Part shown: piece after piece, positions 55,088 through 63,063 of the stretch
Numbering within the stretch: position 1 is the first letter of the stretch
Layout of the letters: each line of letters opens with the position of its first letter
From: Escherichia phage T2
Sequence record: NC_054931.1
DNA: 64,000 bases
Reading direction: 5' to 3' (one strand)
Made by a program: the position numbers and the translations under genes
Notes under the pieces: generated by a model
Told to the model about the DNA's origin: nothing
Seen by the model: only the letters and a program-made list of their open reading frames with translations
Databases searched by the model: none

Positions 55088-55744
55088 ATGGCAGCACCTA
55101 GAATATCATTTTCGCCCTCTGATATTCTGTTTGGTGTTCTAGATCGCTTGTTCAAAGATAACGCTACCGGGAAGGTTCTTGCTTCCCGGGTAGCTGTCGT
55201 AATTCTTTTGTTTATAATGGCGATTGTTTGGTATAGGGGAGATAGTTTCTTTGAGTACTATAAGCAATCAAAGTATGAAACATACAGTGAAATTATTGAA
55301 AAGGAAAGAACTGCACGCTTTGAATCTGTCATCCTGGAACAACTCCAGATAGTTCATATATCATCTGAGGCAGACTTTAGTGCGGTGTATTCTTTCCGCC
55401 CTAAAAACTTAAACTATTTTGTTGATATTATAGCATACGAAGGAAAATTACCTTCAACGATAAGTGAAAAATCACTTGGAGGATATCCTGTTGATAAAAC
55501 TATGGATGAATATGCAGTTCATTTAAATGGACGTCATTATTATTCCAGCTCAAAATTTGCTTTTTTGCCAACTAAAAAGCCTACTCCCGAAATAAACTAC
55601 ATGTACAGTTGTCCATATTTTAATTTGGATAATATCTATGCTGGAACAATAACCATGTACTGGTATAGAAATGATCATATAAGTAATGACCGCCTTGAAT
55701 CAATATGTTCTCAGGCGGCCAGAATATTAGGAAGGGCTAAATAA
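55088..55744 (+). CDS. t: holin T
   Basis: 218-aa ORF MAAPRISFSPSDILFGVLDRLFKDN... with single TM segment; recognised as T4 holin. Confidence 0.93.
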   Translation: MAAPRISFSPSDILFGVLDRLFKDNATGKVLASRVAVVILLFIMAIVWYRGDSFFEYYKQSKYETYSEIIEKERTARFESVILEQLQIVHISSEADFSAVYSFRPKNLNYFVDIIAYEGKLPSTISEKSLGGYPVDKTMDEYAVHLNGRHYYSSSKFAFLPTKKPTPEINYMYSCPYFNLDNIYAGTITMYWYRNDHISNDRLESICSQAARILGRAK

Positions 55745-56017
55745 TTATTTGTTTGTATACATCTCTAGATATCGATATACACCCTCAAAACCCTCGTTGA
55801 ATTCGTCGATGAGGGTTTTCTTATCTTCTTGAGTTAATTCAGAAACAATTTTACGGAATGAATTCTGATTTAACTTTCTACCTTCATGCGTTACTCCAAT
55901 CTCATTCAGAAATGCAATAAAATTAGCACGATTCTCAACAATATCTTCTCTGGAAAATTTAATCAAAATAGACGCAACAGTAATAATTTCACGAACTGTA
56001 TCAATATTTTTATTCAT
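55745..56017 (-). CDS. asiA: anti-sigma-70 factor AsiA
   Basis: 90-aa ORF MNKNIDTVREIITVASILIKF...; recognised as T4 AsiA. Confidence 0.92.
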   Translation of the reverse strand: MNKNIDTVREIITVASILIKFSREDIVENRANFIAFLNEIGVTHEGRKLNQNSFRKIVSELTQEDKKTLIDEFNEGFEGVYRYLEMYTNK

Positions 56018-56033
56018 TAACTATACCACTCAA

Positions 56034-56180
56034 TTAGTTGACTTTGTTAATATCATCAGACGCTTGATTTGTAAACTGGTCTGTGTTATTTTCTTCAAAA
56101 ATTTTTTCTACGAATTCCTTGAACGACTCACGTTCCTGAGCTACATTGTGCTCGATTACATTTTCAAGATTATGACTCAT
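56034..56180 (-). CDS. small acidic hypothetical protein
   Basis: 48-codon ORF, ATGA overlap with arn stop; below ORF-track cutoff. Confidence 0.4.
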   Translation of the reverse strand: MSHNLENVIEHNVAQERESFKEFVEKIFEENNTDQFTNQASDDINKVN

Positions 56181-56455
56181 TCGAAATAATCTTCAATTTC
56201 GTAATCATGGACATAAAACATTATAGTTTTTAATACATCATCAATACTTTTTCCTGGAGCTGGAATTACGTAAAAATACCCTGCTTTTGAGAGGTCTTTA
56301 TAAGTTCCAATCAAGAAATCATTATTCTCAAGATGTAACTCTTCAACTAATTCATTAACAATTGAGTGGTATAAATTTGGTAGAAACTTATATAGCTTTT
56401 CTAGAATATCAATTTTGATTGTGTATTGAACCACAGATTGAGAATCAATAATCAT
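56177..56455 (-). CDS. arn: Arn anti-restriction protein (McrBC inhibitor)
   Basis: 92-aa acidic ORF downstream of motA cluster; size and position match T4 arn. Confidence 0.8.
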   Translation of the reverse strand: MIIDSQSVVQYTIKIDILEKLYKFLPNLYHSIVNELVEELHLENNDFLIGTYKDLSKAGYFYVIPAPGKSIDDVLKTIMFYVHDYEIEDYFE

Positions 56456-56538
56456 AGACCTTCCCCTTATGTTTCTGTTTGCGATTAGATTCTTTAAACG
56501 CTTTCTTCTTATCCTTATGAACAGAAGCTTTATTAAAA

Positions 56539-56757
56539 TTATGTTTTGCGACTAAATTGTTCATAGTGCTGAATTACCTCTCTCAAACATTTGCATGTGA
56601 ATGAAAACTTTTTAGCTACACCACATTCAAATATATGTTCTCTTAAATCACGTGTATCGGTATATCCCATCTCAACGATAAAATGCCGTATTAGATTTTT
56701 ATCTTTATCATTGAGAGAATTAAAATAATCGGATTTTGAATTAATTTCCCTGGCCAA
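56539..56757 (-). CDS. hypothetical protein (arn.1 position)
   Basis: 72-aa ORF. Confidence 0.5.
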   Translation of the reverse strand: MAREINSKSDYFNSLNDKDKNLIRHFIVEMGYTDTRDLREHIFECGVAKKFSFTCKCLREVIQHYEQFSRKT

Positions 56758-57037
56758 ATTGAATCACCTTCAGTTGACGTTTTAATTCTTTTATCATCTC
56801 TTCGTTCATCGCAATATAAAGATCGCGTAAAGCAGGTTTTAACATTCCATTTACTGGAGAACTAAATGGACATACATAATCTTTTCCTACGAGCTTTTTA
56901 GTGAATTCAATATTACAGAACTGAAATGCCGGCTCATTGGTATAAATTCCCCAATTAGTTGACATCATTTTATTGGCATATTCCAGTGCCTGGATTTGAT
57001 TCATAATTCCATCAATTTGAAACTGTTTAATATTCAT
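56741..57037 (-). CDS. hypothetical protein (arn.2 position)
   Basis: 98-aa ORF. Confidence 0.5.
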   Translation of the reverse strand: MNIKQFQIDGIMNQIQALEYANKMMSTNWGIYTNEPAFQFCNIEFTKKLVGKDYVCPFSSPVNGMLKPALRDLYIAMNEEMIKELKRQLKVIQFGQGN

Positions 57038-57498
57038 TAGTAAAGGTCCTCAGAGTAAAGTTCTTTTTCACTACCACCACGTTCAATACGTACTTGTCCA
57101 GCGTAAGTTGCAATAATCATTGCTTCTTCACGTGTCCAATAATTACTATATTGGTCAATAAACCCTTGGTCATCATCACAAACTTGTTGAGTAACTAATT
57201 GAGGTTTAACTACATCTAAAACTTCTGCCATATCTTTAGAATAATGACGAGCACCTGGAATAATAAGAGTTCGTCCATCTTTTAATTTAAAACGATTAGC
57301 TGCACAGACAATTCGTCGTTGATACTTTTGGTTTTCATCCCAATATGCAGTCTGCCAACAGATTTCAGGAACTTCTTTCAGAATATCTTCTTCTGTGCAT
57401 TTATAACCATGCGCTTTAAATTTTTCAACAAGACTTTCTGGAGTTTCACGAGATAAAGGAACATTCAGCATTTTTAAACGATTAATAAATGGGTTCAT
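57037..57498 (-). CDS. hypothetical protein (arn.3 position)
   Basis: 153-aa ORF. Confidence 0.5.
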   Translation of the reverse strand: MNPFINRLKMLNVPLSRETPESLVEKFKAHGYKCTEEDILKEVPEICWQTAYWDENQKYQRRIVCAANRFKLKDGRTLIIPGARHYSKDMAEVLDVVKPQLVTQQVCDDDQGFIDQYSNYWTREEAMIIATYAGQVRIERGGSEKELYSEDLY

Positions 57499-57806
57499 TT
57501 AAACCATCCTTTAATACGTTGCCACAAAGTTTTCTGCTGAGCTTTGTTGACACCAATTGAACGAATAACTGGTTGAGATTCCTGGAATTCTTTATAATCG
57601 GCAAGGTAAATTTCGTAAGCTGCATCCGTAAATGAACTTATCGCTGCCATAAAATTATTGCGAATACCTACTGGAGCATCTTTACTTTCACGAATAATCA
57701 TGTATTTACCAGTCTTAATCTTTACAATAGTTCCAAGATAAGCTATGGTACCAAATATCCCAACCCTCTTGAGTAGGTTCTGCACAACGACGAAGTTCAT
57801 TAACAA
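57495..57806 (-). CDS. hypothetical protein (arn.4 position)
   Basis: 103-aa ORF. Confidence 0.5.
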   Translation of the reverse strand: MLMNFVVVQNLLKRVGIFGTIAYLGTIVKIKTGKYMIIRESKDAPVGIRNNFMAAISSFTDAAYEIYLADYKEFQESQPVIRSIGVNKAQQKTLWQRIKGWFK

Positions 57807-57832
57807 TTTCTAACTTGTTCATTATTTATTCC

Positions 57833-58468
57833 TCACAGTTCAGATGCTACAGTGATTACAGCTTCAATGTTTTCTGCCGAGCGTTTAATGTCAAGATACA
57901 CATTACCGTTTTTAGCGATTTTACATGACATTCCGATGTCAGTAAATTTCTGAATATGATGTTCCATCATTTTATATCCAAAAATTCGCATATTTCCATT
58001 GTTGTTAATTTCAAAATTACGAATTCCGTGAGTGCGTTTTTCTAAAATAGCGAGATAGTTACTGCGATAAGTTTCAACCTTTTTAAGAACAAATCCATTT
58101 TCATCTAAAAGTTTTAACATGAGGTCTTTATCTTCTTCCATATCGGAAGTAATCTCACGAGCTTTACGAGTTGCTCGTTTTTTCAGCAGTTCCGGAGCAT
58201 TTTCTTGTGCGTATAAAGTTGCTGCATTTGAAATAATATCCTGAGCTTCACCAGTAATGATTAATCCATCACCAGATTTCTCCACCAGGCCTTTTTTAAT
58301 CAATACCCCAATATTACTATTAACTACTGCGTTACCTAAATCTGGATGCACCTCACGAACTTCTGCAGCTGTAATGAAATCTTTCTTAGCAATGGTAATT
58401 AAAATCGCAGCAGTTTTTTCATTCAGAACATCGTTAGAAGCTTTGATGATGTAAGTTACTTTAGACAT
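57833..58468 (-). CDS. motA: MotA middle-transcription activator
   Basis: 211-aa ORF MSKVTYIIKASNDVLNEKTAAILITIAKKDF...; recognised as T4 MotA. Confidence 0.93.
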   Translation of the reverse strand: MSKVTYIIKASNDVLNEKTAAILITIAKKDFITAAEVREVHPDLGNAVVNSNIGVLIKKGLVEKSGDGLIITGEAQDIISNAATLYAQENAPELLKKRATRKAREITSDMEEDKDLMLKLLDENGFVLKKVETYRSNYLAILEKRTHGIRNFEINNNGNMRIFGYKMMEHHIQKFTDIGMSCKIAKNGNVYLDIKRSAENIEAVITVASEL

Positions 58469-58509
58469 TTTCTAATCTCCGTAATTCTGTATCAGTAGTT
58501 GATAGTTGT

Positions 58510-58539
58510 ATAATACCACAGTATGCTTTGGTTGTAAAC
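58510..58539 (-). promoter_or_regulatory. T4-type early promoter upstream of motA (PeSL-like cassette)
   Basis: GTTTAC, 18-nt spacer, TATTAT, ACAACTATCAAC downstream block; A/T-rich upstream. Confidence 0.55.
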
Positions 58540-58571
58540 CGTTTTGTGAAAAAAATTTTAAAATAAAAAAA

Positions 58572-58591
58572 GGGAGAGCCTCGGCTCTCCC
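58572..58591 (-). terminator. terminator hairpin downstream of the 52.1-like ORF
   Basis: GGGAGAGCC/GGCTCTCCC inverted repeat followed on - strand by TTTTTTTATTTT. Confidence 0.6.
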
Positions 58592-58596
58592 TAAAA

Positions 58597-58746
58597 TTAC
58601 TGCATGACTGTGATAACTGTCATGATAACACGTTGAATTCCGAACGCAAGAAGACCTCCTGCTACGGCTGGAACAACGCCTAAACCCGCCAGTAAAATGC
58701 TACCGGATACTAATGCAGCGCTTGTAATACCTATGAATGGACTCAT
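58597..58746 (-). CDS. small hydrophobic protein (52.1-like)
   Basis: 49-codon ORF MSPFIGITSAALVSGSILLAGLGVV..., start overlaps gene 52 stop (ATGA); below ORF-track cutoff. Confidence 0.45.
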   Translation of the reverse strand: MSPFIGITSAALVSGSILLAGLGVVPAVAGGLLAFGIQRVIMTVITVMQ

Positions 58747-60071
58747 TTGATTTCCTCTAAATCTTTGGTGTATTCGGTAACTACATCAGTAGTTTTCCAA
58801 TATTCGTTTTCTTCTTTTTTAGCTTTAGCTTCTTCAGCAAGTTTCTTCGCTTCATCGGAAGTCATATGAAAAATATTCATTCCAACTAGTTTATCAACAT
58901 AAGAAGAATACATATCGATTTTCGAAAGTTCTTCGGTCAGTTCTTTACGAGTTTTACCCTGTACAACAATTTCACCTGAAATTACTTTCTTAATGAAATG
59001 TGCTTTGGCAAAGGCTAAACGAAAAGCTGACTCAGTTTCTTTAATTTTGTTATCAATTCGTTTTTGGACATAAGTTTTACGAACTTCAACAAAGTCTTTA
59101 ATTAAATCAACTACGTTATCGTAAACTTGCAGCTTTCCTTTCTCATTAATAACCGTAATATTCTGGGAACGACGTTCAATCAGTCCGAAGTCTTTCATAA
59201 TTTTTGCATGGCGTTCTTCTTCGTTATCGCTCAAAGAATATTCTTTACGGAATTTAACTTTGAATCCAAAACCATGCTCACCACAAGCATCATCCCATGT
59301 AATGAAGCCTTTATCTTCAAGTGGGTCTAAAATTTTACTCACGTAAGTTTCACGATCATACTTATACGGAATCTCAGTGATATGCATTTGAGTTCGTGAA
59401 GTAAACTTATATGTTCCGCGAATTTCATATTGACCATCAATCTCAACGACTTCACCACGAAATTCTGGGAATTCTACCTTCGGTTTAGTTACTTTCTTTC
59501 CTTGAAGAGCTTGCAGTACAGCTTTCTTGACAGAAGAAACACTATGAGGAAGAATGTAAGTTGCATAACCAGTTGCAATACCGGAAACGCCATTAAGAAG
59601 AACAGTAGGAATAATAGGCAAATAGAAAGCAGGCGGAATGTGTTCTTTATCTTGATGTACCGGAGCATATTCAGTATCTTTATATACGTTATAGAAATTT
59701 TTACTTACACGAGCAAAAATATAACGACTTGCCGCTGCTTTTTGAACGGTACGAGAACCGAAGTTTCCTTGACCATCTAACAGAGGAAAGTTATTATTCC
59801 AAGTGTTAGCCATCAAAGCTCCCGCATCTTGCGCAGAGTTTTCTCCATGGTGATATCCAAGGTCCGCTACACCACCTGCAATAGAAGCGAGTTTGTGAAA
59901 CTTATCTTTATTCCCTCGTGCCAAATCAAGAGCTCGAGCAATAACAAATCGTTGAACCGGCTTAAATCCATCAATCATATTTGGGATAGCACGATTTTCA
60001 ACCGTGTACATAGCATAAGCCAATGCTTCATTATCAATGATACTTTTTAAATCGCGATTATTCAGTTGCAT
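58743..60071 (-). CDS. 52: DNA topoisomerase II medium subunit gp52
   Basis: 442-aa ORF; size and sequence match T4 gp52. Confidence 0.93.
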   Translation of the reverse strand: MQLNNRDLKSIIDNEALAYAMYTVENRAIPNMIDGFKPVQRFVIARALDLARGNKDKFHKLASIAGGVADLGYHHGENSAQDAGALMANTWNNNFPLLDGQGNFGSRTVQKAAASRYIFARVSKNFYNVYKDTEYAPVHQDKEHIPPAFYLPIIPTVLLNGVSGIATGYATYILPHSVSSVKKAVLQALQGKKVTKPKVEFPEFRGEVVEIDGQYEIRGTYKFTSRTQMHITEIPYKYDRETYVSKILDPLEDKGFITWDDACGEHGFGFKVKFRKEYSLSDNEEERHAKIMKDFGLIERRSQNITVINEKGKLQVYDNVVDLIKDFVEVRKTYVQKRIDNKIKETESAFRLAFAKAHFIKKVISGEIVVQGKTRKELTEELSKIDMYSSYVDKLVGMNIFHMTSDEAKKLAEEAKAKKEENEYWKTTDVVTEYTKDLEEIK

Positions 60072-60075
60072 AAAT

Positions 60076-60216
60076 TTACCATACTAGTGAATGTAGTGCC
60101 ATAATAACATCAGAAATGAAAAGCACGACTTGAATTAATCCGAACATTATTCCGTAATATAACGCTATCAATAAAATAGCAAGGTCTAATGAATAGCCCA
60201 AGATTTTCTTAATCAT
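60076..60216 (-). CDS. small membrane protein
   Basis: 46-codon hydrophobic ORF MIKKILGYSLDLAILLIALYYG... ending 4 nt before gene 52. Confidence 0.4.
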   Translation of the reverse strand: MIKKILGYSLDLAILLIALYYGIMFGLIQVVLFISDVIMALHSLVW

Positions 60217-60364
60217 TAGATAACAACACAAATGTTAAATATGCACACATACCCTGGGCTAAAGCCTGCGAAAACACACTACTGGCATCGATACAGATAG
60301 TTAAAACACATGCTACTATCCAACAAATAAATTAAATAACTCCTAATAATTTTGCGATATTCAT
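60209..60364 (-). pseudogene. ac-like small membrane protein ORF with in-frame TAA at codon 11
   Basis: ATG 60364 with GGAGAA RBS, MNIAKLLGVI, TAA at 60332-60334, then 40 more open hydrophobic codons; 52 codons in total. Confidence 0.4.
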
Positions 60365-60378
60365 AGTGTTCTCCTCAA

Positions 60379-60462
60379 CTATTTTTTAAAACCTAAAATA
60401 CCAAAGTTTTTAAGATTGTTACGATAGAACTGCATCACATGTTCGTTATGGAAATTACTCAT
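60379..60462 (-). CDS. stp: Stp-like peptide (activator of host PrrC anticodon nuclease)
   Basis: 27-codon [30 protein letters not shown]; first 18 residues match T4 Stp as I recall it; ATG overlaps ndd stop. Confidence 0.65.
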   Translation of the reverse strand: MSNFHNEHVMQFYRNNLKNFGILGFKK

Positions 60463-60920
60463 TAATATGCCTGCAAAACGAATTTAAAATTATCAGCCAA
60501 CATACGGTTCATTTCTTCAAGTGTTTGATACTCAGAATGATGATTACGAGTAAACGCTAAAGCTAACTGTCCTTTTCCAAATCCCGTCGTCAGAGGTTTC
60601 ATCTTAGAAGCAGGCAGATAAAATACTGTGTATGGAACATTGTTATTTGCAATAGTACGTGCAAGCTGAGACCGACGTTGACGAATATGACTTAGAACTG
60701 CACTGAATCCTTGCTTAGAACGCTGATTACCTACATAAAATCGTGCAGACACGCATGGATTACTAAATGGACGACCATCTAATTTACTCACTAAAAAGTA
60801 AAATCCAGGTTTAGATAAAATATCTTTATGCGGAGTTCCTAAAAACCATTCACCACCCTTAATTGTACCAATAACAGTAGCGCCTGCATTATTCAGATCA
60901 GTAACAGTCATATATTTCAT
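60462..60920 (-). CDS. ndd: Ndd nucleoid disruption protein
   Basis: 152 codons from [18 protein letters not shown] with GAGGAAA RBS; recognised as T4 Ndd. Confidence 0.85.
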   Translation of the reverse strand: MKYMTVTDLNNAGATVIGTIKGGEWFLGTPHKDILSKPGFYFLVSKLDGRPFSNPCVSARFYVGNQRSKQGFSAVLSHIRQRRSQLARTIANNNVPYTVFYLPASKMKPLTTGFGKGQLALAFTRNHHSEYQTLEEMNRMLADNFKFVLQAY

Positions 60921-60980
60921 ATTAATTTCCTCTAAATTATTTTCTACTCCAAGGCCGCATGAATACACACGGCCATTAAA

Positions 60981-61196
60981 TTAATCGTCGCAGTCGACGC
61001 TCAATTCCCAAAACTCTTCAACAGTATAAGTTTCAGTATCATTTTCAATACAGAAACGTTCATTACTGTTATTTGCTAAAGTAGCGTTAACTGTCATTTT
61101 CTCGCTGGTGCTCTTAAGAGGTGAAATACGAATTAGCTGATCACCACTATCCAAGCAAAAAATTTCGCCAACTTTTACATCTTTAAAAATTTTCAT
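60981..61196 (-). CDS. hypothetical protein (ndd.1 position)
   Basis: 71-aa ORF with GAGGTG RBS. Confidence 0.5.
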   Translation of the reverse strand: MKIFKDVKVGEIFCLDSGDQLIRISPLKSTSEKMTVNATLANNSNERFCIENDTETYTVEEFWELSVDCDD

Positions 61197-61204
61197 AATT
61201 CACC

Positions 61205-61315
61205 TCAGGGAGTATAAAACCCAAATGCAGTTGTTGACCATCCCATCCAATACGGAAAATTTGCACCGATGTAAAACACGAGAATATAAAACCAAATACC
61301 CAGTAAATTCATCAT
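61205..61315 (-). CDS. micro-ORF, predicted small membrane protein
   Basis: 36 codons MMNLLGIWFYILVFYIGANFPYW... Confidence 0.3.
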   Translation of the reverse strand: MMNLLGIWFYILVFYIGANFPYWMGWSTTAFGFYTP

Positions 61316-61389
61316 TTTACACCATTCCAAATTGTTTCAACTACGGATTTTAAACCATTTTGATGAATATCCATTCCGACTACTTCCAT
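61312..61389 (-). CDS. micro-ORF
   Basis: 25 codons, stop overlaps next start (ATGA). Confidence 0.25.
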   Translation of the reverse strand: MEVVGMDIHQNGLKSVVETIWNGVK

Positions 61390-61410
61390 CAAATAGATTC
61401 CAACTACAAC

Positions 61411-61509
61411 TTAACCCAAGGCGAAAATCAGCATGAAAATGAATAAAGCCGGAAAAATATTATCGAAAAACCATTCCATAAATGTAAAAGCACTGCGTTT
61501 ACTCTTCAT
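61411..61509 (-). CDS. micro-ORF, predicted small membrane protein
   Basis: 32 codons MKSKRSAFTFMEWFFDNIFPALFIFMLIFALG with GAGGAAAA RBS. Confidence 0.3.
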   Translation of the reverse strand: MKSKRSAFTFMEWFFDNIFPALFIFMLIFALG

Positions 61510-61516
61510 ATTTTCC

Positions 61517-61630
61517 TCACATAAATCCAAAGTAAACGTTTAATACATCAATCATTAAAACGATTGGGAATATACTCAAAACTATTAGTATTATAACTAC
61601 ATTCCATATAGCTTTAACAATCTTTTTCAT
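61517..61630 (-). CDS. micro-ORF, predicted small membrane protein
   Basis: 37 codons MKKIVKAIWNVVIILIVLSIFPIVLMIDVL... with GGAGGAACAG RBS. Confidence 0.4.
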   Translation of the reverse strand: MKKIVKAIWNVVIILIVLSIFPIVLMIDVLNVYFGFM

Positions 61631-61658
61631 TTTCTGTTCCTCCGTAGTTGATAGAGTA

Positions 61659-61688
61659 ATAATACCACAGAGGAACAATCTTGTAAAC
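61659..61688 (-). promoter_or_regulatory. T4-type early promoter
   Basis: GTTTAC, 18-nt spacer, TATTAT on - strand. Confidence 0.5.
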
Positions 61689-61695
61689 AACTTTT

Positions 61696-61794
61696 TTAAA
61701 AATATTCGTAATAAATGTGAATACCAATCACTACTGCCGAAACTTGTGCAACCCACCACGCACAAGCAATAAGTACAGAATTAAAAATTTTCAT
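61696..61794 (-). CDS. micro-ORF, predicted small membrane protein
   Basis: 32 codons MKIFNSVLIACAWWVAQVSAVVIGIHIYYEYF. Confidence 0.3.
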   Translation of the reverse strand: MKIFNSVLIACAWWVAQVSAVVIGIHIYYEYF

Positions 61795-61877
61795 AATAAC
61801 CTCATCACAAAAGTAAATGTTAAACAAATTAATGGAATACTAATTAACCAAACAAAACACCACCATAATGAACTCAT
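61791..61877 (-). CDS. micro-ORF, predicted small membrane protein
   Basis: 28 codons MSSLWWCFVWLISIPLICLTFTFVMRLL, ATGA-coupled. Confidence 0.3.
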   Translation of the reverse strand: MSSLWWCFVWLISIPLICLTFTFVMRLL

Positions 61878-61905
61878 AGTTCAATCTCAACGATTTTCAT
61901 TTTAC

Positions 61906-62112
61906 TCAATAATCCGCTAAAAGATCGACGATTGCATCACGAAGACACTTATTCGCAATACGTTTAAGAGCAATTTCAGTTTCTGGAGCATTTTGAATAA
62001 TCATTGAATTCAATTCAGCCTCAGCAAACTGAAGTTCTTTAACTAATTCAGCTTTATATTTTCCTTGCCCTTTCTTAGCTTTTGCTCGTTTTAGTTCAGC
62101 TGTAGTAAACAT
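61906..62112 (-). CDS. hypothetical protein
   Basis: 68 codons from ATG 62112 (MFTTAELKRAKAKK...) with GGAGAA RBS. Confidence 0.5.
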   Translation of the reverse strand: MFTTAELKRAKAKKGQGKYKAELVKELQFAEAELNSMIIQNAPETEIALKRIANKCLRDAIVDLLADY

Positions 62113-62146
62113 TTTATTCTCCAAATCCGTATCAGTTGATAGTTGT

Positions 62147-62176
62147 ATATTACCACAGTCCTTGTGGTATGTAAAC
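62147..62176 (-). promoter_or_regulatory. T4-type early promoter
   Basis: GTTTAC, 18-nt spacer, TAATAT, ACAACTATCAAC downstream block. Confidence 0.5.
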
Positions 62177-62194
62177 CGTTTTGTGAAAAAATTT

Positions 62195-62752
62195 TTAAAT
62201 GGAAAGATACCATCCGTTGTAGTTGCTTTTTCTTACAACCTTACGAAGGTCTTCTCTATCACCGATGAATTTCGGAGTGTACTGGATGACACCTGGATGA
62301 ATTTCTTTAGTGTTGAATATAATTATACAGTCAGCGACTTGATGATTTAGAATGGGCCCTAGATTTATTCCAGAACCATATGGATACTCTCCGCTGCATC
62401 CGGTTGTTACCGAAATCCATCGTGAGTCAGTTTGATGTGTTTTGACTTCTACACGAAGCCCACAGTATTTTGGATGCGCCAATACATCCCATGCATATGT
62501 ATATGGGTCATTAACATCCTCTTGGCCTTTGTTAACATACCCGCTTAGCCAATCTGCTACAAAAAATTCTGCGTACACAGCGATACGACATCTTTCAATA
62601 ACTTCTGCTTTATCCTGGTTCGGGTTTTGTTTTAAAGAGTATCTTGCTGTATCAGCAATTTTGACCTTCATTTCACTAGTCAAGTCACTGTTCGATAGGG
62701 TAAATGTCGGAATCTGAAATAGTCTCTGTAAACCCGGATTCGTTTTCTGCAT
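62195..62752 (-). CDS. denB: endonuclease IV
   Basis: 185-aa ORF MQKTNPGLQRLFQIPTFTLSNSDL...; recognised as T4 DenB. Confidence 0.9.
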   Translation of the reverse strand: MQKTNPGLQRLFQIPTFTLSNSDLTSEMKVKIADTARYSLKQNPNQDKAEVIERCRIAVYAEFFVADWLSGYVNKGQEDVNDPYTYAWDVLAHPKYCGLRVEVKTHQTDSRWISVTTGCSGEYPYGSGINLGPILNHQVADCIIIFNTKEIHPGVIQYTPKFIGDREDLRKVVRKSNYNGWYLSI

Positions 62753-62815
62753 TGAACTTTCCTTTTACGTCGGAATCACTGATATTCATATAAATCATAA
62801 TTTCTCTTAAAACAA

Positions 62816-62831
62816 AAGGGCCGAAGCCCTT
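62816..62831. repeat. hairpin AAGGGC-CGAA-GCCCTT, copy 1
   Basis: 16-nt palindromic stem-loop identical to 63048-63063; T-rich flank on - strand. Confidence 0.6.
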
Positions 62832-62834
62832 ATT

Positions 62835-63029
62835 TTATTTGAATTGCGCAATTCTTTTCTCTAGACACTCAGCATAAGATTTCATTGAGATAAACTGCGA
62901 AAGTAGCAGTTCTTGCTCAACTGCACTAACCGTTAGAAACTTTGTGCTTTCTAAAAATTTACTCAGTGCATTAATTTTGAGCATTAATTGATCGTATTCT
63001 TCTTTTACTCGTGCTTGATAACCTAACAT
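62835..63029 (-). CDS. hypothetical protein (denB.1 position)
   Basis: 64-aa ORF with AAGGAAAA RBS, bracketed by two identical hairpins. Confidence 0.5.
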   Translation of the reverse strand: MLGYQARVKEEYDQLMLKINALSKFLESTKFLTVSAVEQELLLSQFISMKSYAECLEKRIAQFK

Positions 63030-63047
63030 AATTTTCCTTAATATGAT

Positions 63048-63063
63048 AAGGGCCGAAGCCCTT
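63048..63063. repeat. hairpin AAGGGC-CGAA-GCCCTT, copy 2
   Basis: Identical 16-mer overlapping the rIIB stop codon. Confidence 0.6.
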
